Shown: positions 51,458-64,000 of the stretch, piece by piece
How positions within the stretch are numbered: the stretch's first letter is position 1
Layout: each line of letters begins with the position of its first letter
Assembly: GCF_902713615.1 (NCBI RefSeq)
Contig: NC_052162.1
Span: 133,510,653 to 133,574,652, forward strand
Origin: Scyliorhinus canicula
Lineage: Eukaryota
DNA length: 64,000 nucleotides
Direction: 5' to 3'
Notes under the pieces: model-generated
Told to the model about the DNA's origin: nothing
The model's input: only the letters and a program-made list of their open reading frames with translations
Database searches by the model: none
Translations under genes and position numbers: made by a program

Positions 51458-53314
51458 CTCATCACATTTTTACAGCCTTTGGCTCTCCGTCCTCTTCCGT
51501 CTGGTGTCATGGTCACCAGTGACGAGATGTCATCTTTGGTGAATAATGATGGGCCAAGCCTATCGGCAGCATCCGAGCCCTAGCCAGCGTACAACACATA
51601 TTAAAGCATCCAATGATTGTGCAGTCTACAATTATAATAACAAGTATTATCAATCCATGCAGCAGGTAAATCCCCATGACCAAGCTATGAGAGATAACCC
51701 CGAACTGAATCTGACTAGATAGATAGCCATCCTCAATACTACCGTGTTTCCCTTAGGATTTATATCCTTCTTATAGTTATACTGACTAGCAACTATCCCT
51801 CAGCCTTGTCATTCGTGTTTACATGTCAGGATTTGTAAACTGTGCAGGAAAATCAATGGTAAATGCATCCATCTCGCAGACCAGTGTCAATAGACCCTTT
51901 GTGAGGTGCTTTCCTCAAGTCCAATCACCGTGAACCATAGCTGGCGCCACTCAGGAAGGTAACACAATAGCCATTCCGGTTGTTCCACTACCTCCAAGGC
52001 ATCTGACTACCTCGGGGCAGTAGCACCATAAAAGCATCCTCATGTCCCTTAGAAGCAGCCCACAACTCAGTCCATCAGCGACCAAAAGGTCCTTATCCCT
52101 CACTGGGATTTTTTTTTGTAGGAAGTGCTTTCCGTTTCCCATAGGAATGGTAATTGCTAATATTTTGTATCATGCGCTGATTATCTTGCTTTATTAATTG
52201 CAGGAGCGTCAACCAATCCTGTTTCTATTTCTGACTTCCTGACTCTGACGTCGAACATTGTACTGAATCATGTAGCCCGCCAGCCCTGGCTTACTTGAGA
52301 CAATAGCTCCGTTTTCTTCAACCCTCTGTTGTCTGTTATCATTTTCCTTACCGCATGGAGTGTATACTTGCCATTATTTGTTTTTTCTTAAACACCACTC
52401 ACGCACTTAGTACAGGTAACTTCTTGTGGTTACAACCCAATTGAATTTATACATAACATTCCCAAACAACTTAAAGGACATTTAGTCTGTAACAACTGTT
52501 ATACTCTCCAATGCTATATTGGTTACAAATTTCCCCTCGCGGCAGCAAGCTGCTAATATTCTAGACCAGTGCCTCTCAAAGTGTGGTACGTGTACGCACC
52601 GGTACGTGGAGTGTTTCCAGAAAAGAAAGAGACAGTAATCCTGGATTGGCTTGTTTCGCTCACCGGTCCCTGGCACATTGGGAAAAAAAACTGCTGGTAC
52701 GCCACATCAGATAGTTTGAGATGCACTGTTCCAGACTACTGTCATTTAAAATACGGGGGTTCCTCGTCAGTCACTGCTGTCTGCCGAGACCCTTAATAAC
52801 TCCTCCGCGTAATACGTCCCTCTTGGAGACCACAGATCACCCATCAGCTAACGTCCCGTTAGAGATGTCTGACCGGAGGTTTCAGTATTCAGTAATAATT
52901 TGATATTTTGATTTGTTGCTAACCCGTAAGGTTTTTCTTCCGGGCTCTATCATTCAATTCCCTCAAACATGTAGCCAATTGTATCATTAGTTTTTTTCCC
53001 ATACTGTCTGAAACATTCTTCTGCAGAGTGTTCAGGTTCTTCATCGGTATGATCGTTGCTTGATCTGAAACTAAAACGAACAGGTCAAAGGCGGAGAGGG
53101 CCCTATTTCTTAATTTGTATCTTCCTATCCGTGCTTGGATATTCCAGAAGTACCATCTAGCATAGCCCACGTACTGACTCACAAATCGATACCATAAGTC
53201 TGTCACTTGTCTACAAGATTGCACAGCCTTTTAAAGTCACATTGTTGTCGGCCAAATTATCCTTGCAGTAATTGCACGTTGTCATTAACCTATCCCACTT
53301 ACACTGACACTTAT

Positions 53315-53630
53315 GTAGCATGGTGGTTAGCACAAATGCTTCACAGCTCCAGGATCCCAGGCTCGACTCCCGGCTGGGTCACTGTCTGTGCGGAGTCCGC
53401 ACGTCCCCCCCCCCCGGTGTGCGTGGGTTTCCTCCCACAGTCCAAAGATGTGCGGGGTTACGTGGATTGGCCATGCTAAATTGCCCGTAGTGTCCCAATA
53501 GCAAGGCTAAGGGGGAGGGGAAGCCGTTGGGCCACGGGTATAGGGTGGATACGTGGGTCTGAGTGGGGCGATCATTGCTCGGCACAACATCGAGGGCCGA
53601 AGGGCCTGCCCTGTGCTGCACTGCTCCATG
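53315..53630 (+). mobile_element. HE1-type SINE inside the LTR element
   Basis: Full head, core and tail. Confidence 0.85.
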
Positions 53631-55721
53631 CTCTTGGATTCAAAATCCCCCCTGTGGTCACAAACCTGAATCATTAAAGTTGCCTGATATTCCACAAAAC
53701 AATCAGGACAAACCTGAATGCCCCAAATCTCCCTGGGGGCTGCAGCATCCCATCGCTGTCTTTGCAAATTATCCATTCTCCTGAATACTCAGTATCTGAC
53801 CGTCTCCTGGGTTTCATATGACTACTACCAGTCCAAACAATCGGGCTACAGAATGCCCCACAATCCAGACTTGTGGTTTCCTGATACTCACTGTGAACCA
53901 TTTTAAACTGAGGGCCATTAATCACCGCCCTTGTGGCCTGTTAAGCCTCCTCCTTCTGTTATTGCACCCCTGAGTGAGATGCGAAGAATCTCAAACTCCT
54001 CCTCTTTTGCTCACCCAGTGAACCAATCTAGTCAAAACCTTCCCCTGATACATTCCTGATATTGCTACTGCATTTACTTTAATTACTTTATGTTGATGAC
54101 GACCGGATTTGTATGAAAGTAAGATCGGATTTGTATGAAAGTAAGATCCAAACATGACATTTGAACTTTATCAGCTGTGCAATCAATGCTGCTAACAGGT
54201 TTTAATTCACTGTCTTCTCCCCCATCGGATCATTCGTTTTAAATGTGATACAATTTCATTTGCTCCAGACACCATGCTGCCCTAATTCAACTGTATGTGT
54301 ACTCAGAATCTGAACTAATCTTGTCTTCACATCTTACAGCTTCACGGATGATGTTCCCTGAAGTCTTAGTTGGTAGCTTCACCCAAACTTCCTCTAAATT
54401 AGCAATTGGTTTTAAATCTTAATTTTTCTGCATCAATTTTTTCATTAAATATTTCCCTGCAATCAGATTCTCATTTCCTGATACTGCAATTAATTCTCTT
54501 AATCTAACTTCTGGTCCAATATCTTTATTCTCCAAATCTCCTTCTTCAATATCTATAACATGGTAAACATCATTATTTCTGCAAGTGACTGTTTGTGCTC
54601 GTCGGGCACTAGGACCCTGCGGAGCCATGCATTACAGCTTACACAAAGCTGTCTGCTTGGAAAGTCTTTGTCCATGAGCACATTGCTCTGCCGGCCATTT
54701 ATAACTTCGAATTGATTTGAAACTATTGTATTTATTTATTTATTTATTTTTCAGCCAAGACTATGCCGAGTTGCAACTAATCATTTACAAATCCCAATTT
54801 AAACAGTTTGATTTCATTTTTTGTTTTCTTCCTGAGAATTATGTTTAATGAACATCATTATTACTAAGGTTCTGAAGAACTTTCAAATACTTACTCCGTT
54901 TTAACTCTCACTTTAATACCTCCTAAAGCACAACATTTCACAAAACTAGGAACAGAGGTTATCACATTCTTATCAAACAGACTCATTCATTCATTGGAGA
55001 TCTCCATTCAGACAAAGGAATTCAAATCCTTATACGGTCATTCATCAACACACAAGTCATTTATAACCCAATTCTGTTTCATTCAAACAACCCATATCTT
55101 CGCGAAGCTATAGTTGAACGGCATTGAACTGTCCGCAAACATTCCATCAGCGATCCTTCCTTCACTGAACTGTTTCGCGACATCACATCAACCCGGTACG
55201 GACCGTAACCAATTTTTTCATCAAATTTAAAATTGAACGGAATTGAAGTGTGCGCCAACATTCCAACAGCGGTCTTTTACTGAACTGTTGCGCGATATCA
55301 CATCAATCCGTTAAAGACCTTAACCGAATTAAAGTATAATTTAATAGAGCCAATTTTTAATTTGCTACTCACATGCAACCGAGTAACCAGGCAACATCTC
55401 ATCAGACACCAACTGAACTGTTCGCCTCATGCAACTGAGTAACCAGGCAACATCTCATCAGACACCAACTGAACTGTTCGCCTCATTCCAAAACTTAACC
55501 ATACCTGCAATGACTGAAATAAAATCTTTGAATCCATCAGACTGACCTTTGATTTCGTCGAGGCAATCGAACCTAATCAAATGCGAGTGATTAGACTGTT
55601 AGCAGAATACGAGACAGAGGAAAATCGATATAAAAATACCGTAGGGCCCATAATTCCCCTCTCCCCGTCTGCGAGCATTCCAATTCTGATTTCGCAGATG
55701 AAAGGCAAAATTGTCGAGAAA

Positions 55722-55739
55722 TCCCGGGTTTCGGCACCA
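55722..55739 (-). other. Primer-binding site for tRNA-Phe
   Basis: Minus strand TGGTGCCGAAACCCGGGA, complementary to the 3' 18 nt of tRNA-Phe, 2 nt from the LTR. Confidence 0.93.
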
Positions 55740-55741
55740 AA

Positions 55742-56178
55742 TGTGGATTCCTGGTTAATTTGCTGTCAGTCTAGATTCAATAAAATCTGAGATAGATTTG
55801 CAGGTATCATATCATTTAATAATGACTAACTTGCAAGGCTGACTCAATCCATAGGACCTCAGGACACACACACTGTCTTCTGAGAGCCCAGAATAAAGAG
55901 AGACAGAATACAAAGAAACTTCTGCTGATATATTCAAAATCACAGTAAGATTCACATATAAGCTTCCCATTGGTCATTCTATACACCTCCTGACCTGGCC
56001 CTATATCCTAATTGGTCACTTTGCATTGTAACCCCAGCATCTTTTTCACCATGCCCACCACGAGGTTCCCATCCCCCGCGAGCCATGAAACTTCTGCTTT
56101 CCTTTGTTCTGTCTGTGAACACAGTGCCCTCAGGGTCCTAGTGCCTAATTTTATCACATTCATTTATTCATTTCCTCA
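55742..56178 (-). repeat. 5' LTR
   Basis: Direct repeat of 48590-49026; followed on the minus strand by the PBS. Confidence 0.95.
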
Positions 56179-56282
56179 ATCTGACAGAGTCACTGACTCA
56201 CCACGGCCTGAATATCATCAGTATTTGAATTTGGAAGGAGAAATGTTTGTGTGTTCTGTCTGTACGACACCAGTTTATTTAT

Positions 56283-56468
56283 TAGAATTAGAACAGTACA
56301 GCACAGAACAGGCCCTTCGGCCCTCGATGTTGTGCCGAGCCATGATCACCCTACTCAAACCCACATATCCACCCTATACCCGTAACCCAACAACCCCCCC
56401 CTTAACCTTACATTTATTAGGACACTATGGGCAATTTAGCATGGCCAATCCACCTAATCCACATCCAC
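56283..56468 (-). mobile_element. HE1-type SINE 3' half inside the ZNF exon
   Basis: Tail and core. Confidence 0.8.
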
Positions 56469-56562
56469 CATGTTAAAACATCTGTGACTGGAAAACCATC
56501 AAACACACACTGGAGTGAGAGGTTCCAGTACACGGACTGTACAAAGAGCTTCAATCAGTTAA

Positions 56563-60328
<3,766 letters not shown>

Positions 60329-61679
60329 AAGGCCTTTCATCTGTTTTGTGTGTGAGAGGAGATTCACTCAGTCATCTGCCCTTCGATTACACCAGCGAGT
60401 TCACATTGAGGAAAAGCCATTCAGCTGCACAACCTGTGGAGAGAAATTCAAGTCCTTATCCATGCTCACTGAACACCAGCGAATTCACACGGGTCAGAAA
60501 CCATTCATTTGCTTTGTGTGTGGAGAGGGATTCACTCAGGTATCCACCCTCCAGACACATCACCAAATGCACACAAACGAGGATCCATTCAGGTGCACCA
60601 CCTGTGGATAGGGTTTCAGTCAGTCAGCTGACCTCAGTCAGCACCAACGCACTCACATTGGGGAGAAGCTGTTCACCTGCTCCGTGTGTGGGAAGGGATT
60701 CCCTTGGTCATCCCAACTGCTGACACATCAGTGGGATCACACCGGGGGGAGACGGTTCACCTGCTCCTTGTGTGGAGTAGGATTCACTCGGTCACAACAC
60801 CTGCTGAGACACCAGCGAGTTCACAAGTGAGTGCAGAGACTGGAATCTGCTGTTTTGCTGCTGCTAATCACATCCAGGATTGATAGTCTGACAATATCCG
60901 GTTTGATTCTGCTGATGTTAACAATCCCTATAACTGGCTGCAGATTAATATTCTGGAGCTGTCACTGATTTCCGGGACTGCAATGTCCCTTTTTAAAATC
61001 AGCACCTGTGATCTTCCTCCTTAATTCAGGAACTCTCAACAGGAACACATTTACAGTAAAATTATGAACTTGTACTTCAATCCTAAGTTGATCTCTGATG
61101 CAAATCAGTGTCAGCAAATGCTCTACTGGTTGTCATCTTCAGTTAGACAGTGCAGATTAATCCTTCCTGACAATTCTTACTGACTTCTGTCCGTTAGGGA
61201 ATTAAATTGCATCACGTGAAAGTAGCCAAGACAGTTGTGTAAAAATCAGGGACATACTCTGTAAATAAACATTGGATCAGCCGGTGTCAGTGATTCCAGA
61301 CTGCCTGTGACAATGGAAATCTCTGTGTGATGGGATCAAGAGGACGCCTCGTCCGACCATCACTGAAGTTGCCCGGCTGAAATTGGAGCTGGTGACATTC
61401 TCACCGACAGAAGTAAACAGATATCCCGCTGGGTTGAACATGACTGTGAGCTGTATCCCTGTGAGACGGACACCTCCCAGTCTCTGACTGACTCCCTCGC
61501 TGCTTCCTGATATGGTTGAGTTGGACGAGGAACACTCATCACTTGAGCTGGAAAAGGCCATCAATTGCTGAGCAAGCAGAAAGGCAACCGGCTTTCTGAA
61601 ATGCTCAAAGACGGAAAGTCCCATTGACTGTCACACCTTCATGACCTCCTCCATCTCTGATGGATGACAGGAACCATTC

Positions 61680-61800
61680 CATGTGCGTGATGCAAACATC
61701 ATCACAATTTTAAAAAACAGCAGTGACAGAGGAGATTGCAACAACTACAGGGACGTCTCACTCCTTAACATCACTGGGAAGATCTTCACTGGGGTCATAA
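61680..61800 (+). mobile_element. RTE-clade LINE RT fragment
   Basis: MRDANIIT.../DRGDCNNYRDVSLLNITGKIF. Confidence 0.55.
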
Positions 61801-61802
61801 CA

Positions 61803-62135
61803 CATAGAACAGCACAGAACAGGCCCTTCGGCCCTCGATGTTGTGCCGAGCAATGATCACCCTACTCAGACCCACGTATCCACCCTATACCTGTAACCCA
61901 ACAACCCCCCCCTTAACCTTACTTTTTAGGACACTACGGGCAATTTAGCATGGCCAATCCACCTAACCCGCACATCTTTGGACTGTGGGAGGAAACCGGA
62001 GCACCCGGAGGAAACCCACGCACACACGGGGAGGACGTGCAGACTCCGCACAGACAGTGACCCAGCCGGGAATCGAACCTGGGACCCTGGAGCTGTGAAG
62101 CATTTATGCTAACCACCATGCTACCGTGCTGCCCC
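61803..62135 (-). mobile_element. HE1-type SINE, full length
   Basis: Near reverse complement of 30713-31035. Confidence 0.9.
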
Positions 62136-62909
62136 TATGTTTACAAGATTCCATCTTCTTGCTGACTGAGTGTCAGCCATTGACGTTAATGGGTCATTTG
62201 TATTATTTATATCCTCTGGTTGGTGTGTGCGAGAACCCTGATCCCAGCAGGGGGGTTGTCAGAGCATCGCGTTTGGATCGACGCGTGGCACCAATACCGA
62301 TTGTATGATTCTCCACTGCATCAGGGACCCCGCTGTGAGTGGTGGAGAATCCAGCTCAATGTGTATAAACATCTCCGACATTCATCACAAGTGTCTGGCA
62401 GTTGCCTTTGTGTTCCAGGCTGATATTGTCTCTGACATTATAGGCAGAGAGAGGTGCTGTCTGTTCAGGGTTTGGGAAGACATTCACAGACTCCGTTAGC
62501 AGCAGTTTGTCAAATGGCCTCCGGTAGCTCCTTCTGATGTTGGACAGTGCAGTTCAGCGATGGTCTGGTAGAAGCTCTTCAGATGCACCTTATGAGTCAG
62601 ACATTTCCAAATGGGAGAAGTTAATATTTTTATTCTCCTGACTCATAGGCAGAGGGTTGGTCGTCTTATTGGTTGCTGTTCACCCAAAAAGTCCAGTTTA
62701 AACATAAAAACTGCAACAAGGCTCTTTTTCATAAAAACATACAAGGTTAGGTTCTGTCCTATCGCATTAAGTGGAGTCGGCCAATGTTACTGAGGTGAAA
62801 ATAGTCTTGTGGATATATAGTTGAAAACTCATCTTGGGGTGAAATATTTTGTGTTGGGTGTGAGCCAGGGTTCAGCCGCAGACAGTTCCCAGGGAGCGGG
62901 ATGGAGTCA

Positions 62910-63383
62910 GTGGGTAGGGAATGGAGTTTGTTCAGAGGATTGAAGGGATGGAGTCAGTGGGTAGGGAATAGAGTTTGTAGTGGGGATTGAAGAGGGATGG
63001 AGTCAGTGTGTAGGGAATAGAGTTTGTAGTGGGGATTGATGTGGGATAGAGTCAGTGTGTAGGGAATAGAGTTTGTAGTGGGGATTGAAGAGGGATGGAG
63101 TCAGTGTGTAGGGAATAGAGTTTGTAGTGGGGATTGAAGAGGGATGGAGTCAGTGTGTAGGGAATAGAGTTTGTAGTGGGGATTGAAGAGGGATGGAGTC
63201 AGTGTGCAGGGAATAGAGTTTGTAGTGAGGATTGAAGAGGGTGGAATCAGTGGGTAGGGAATGGAGTTTGTAGTGGGGATTGAAGAGGAATGGAGTCAGT
63301 GGGTAGGGAATGGAGTTTGTAGTGAGGATTGAAGAGGGATGGAGTCAGTGGGTAGGGAATGGAGTTTGCAGTGAGGATTGAAG
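62910..63383 (+). repeat. ~49-bp G-rich tandem repeat, about 9-10 copies
   Basis: GGGATGGAGTCAGTGTGTAGGGAATAGAGTTTGTAGTGGGGATTGAAGA. Confidence 0.9.
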
Positions 63384-63829
63384 ACAATGGCCTCATTCTA
63401 CATGTTTAACTGGAGGAAGTTTCTGCTCTTTCAGCCTGAATGTCAGACAAGTCAGCATGGTGTGTGACTTGGAGAGGAATTTGGAGGTGAAGGTGTTTAC
63501 ATATACCTGCCATCCCAGTCCATCAAGGTGGTGGGGGGGGGGGGGGGGGGTGGTGAGAGTTTGGGTGGTTCTGCCAAGTTCTGGTCAATCGTAGATGTGT
63601 AAAATCTGTCTCCCTGCCCACTGCCTCGACCTCACCAATGACCAGGTTCAGCTCAATTTCACAAGCTGTCTTTGTGTTTTTGTGAGTTCTCACACCCTTT
63701 TTTCTGTTTTAGCTCAATTTCACAGGGTATTGGAAGGGGAGGATTTGCTGTCGGGAAACTGAAACCAAACATCACATCAGGATCTGACGCAGTCGCCTAA
63801 TTTACCATAACCTGAATATGATTTTGAAC

Positions 63830-64000
63830 ATGGAAGGAAAAAGCACTGATCACAGTGAGGAGAAACCATCCACATGTTGTGTGAGTGGACGAGACTTCAG
63901 CCGATCCAGCCGGTCGAACCACAAGCACCGTCACACTGAGGAGAAACTGTGGAAATGTGGGGATTGTGGGAAGGGTTTTGATTATCCAGTTAGGCTGGAA
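63830..64000 (+). CDS. Start of another C2H2 zinc-finger ORF, cut by the window end
   Basis: Acceptor at 63725; [15 protein letters not shown]...[14 protein letters not shown], paralogous to the 44859 gene. Confidence 0.7.
   Translation, partial: MEGKSTDHSEEKPSTCCVSGRDFSRSSRSNHKHRHTEEKLWKCGDCGKGFDYPVRLE

Larger units (their letters stand above)
48590..56178 (-). mobile_element. Endogenous retrovirus-like LTR element, defective (class I / gamma-epsilon-like)
   Basis: Two 437-bp TG...CA LTRs, ATCT target-site duplication (48586-48589 and 56179-56182), PBS, PPT, env and integrase remnants. Confidence 0.93.

Noticed and set aside
54088-54100. YVDD motif inside the LTR element
   Set aside because: On the strand opposite to env, IN and the PBS, with a stop just upstream and no other RT motifs; treated as chance.
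55721-55739. tRNA-Phe 3'-end sequence
   Set aside because: Only about 19 nt including CCA next to the LTR; it is the PBS, not a tRNA gene.

Overview
Eukaryotic DNA from a cartilaginous fish (a shark; the exact taxon cannot be fixed from this window). The left half holds one complete, unrearranged cluster-type IgM heavy-chain locus on the + strand: leader-VH-D1-D2-JH-Cmu1-Cmu2-Cmu3-Cmu4/secretory tail-TM1-TM2 (4646-33651). All splice phases fit, and the RSS spacers run V23 / 12-D1-22 / 12-D2-12 / 23-J. The J-C intron is unusually long (about 19 kb). It contains a near-intact CR1 LINE, roughly 7.5 kb of C/A-skewed simple repeats spread over 13.7-23.4 kb, a G-rich 20-mer array and an AGCT-rich 29-mer array just upstream of Cmu1. 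The right half is a C2H2 zinc-finger gene/pseudogene array. It also carries an intron-containing tRNA-Pro(CGG)-like gene, a 7.6-kb LTR retroelement (437-bp LTRs, ATCT TSD, tRNA-Phe PBS, degraded env and partial integrase, no recognisable gag/RT) inserted in a ZNF exon, a second CR1 copy and many SINEs. Best leads: a U_UUA_AAC -1 frameshift signal joining CR1 ORF1 and ORF2, switch-region-like repeats 5' of shark Cmu1, a second heptamer hidden in the D1 RSS spacer, and the young-LTR/defective-core retroelement. Repeat boundaries are read by eye and are approximate.
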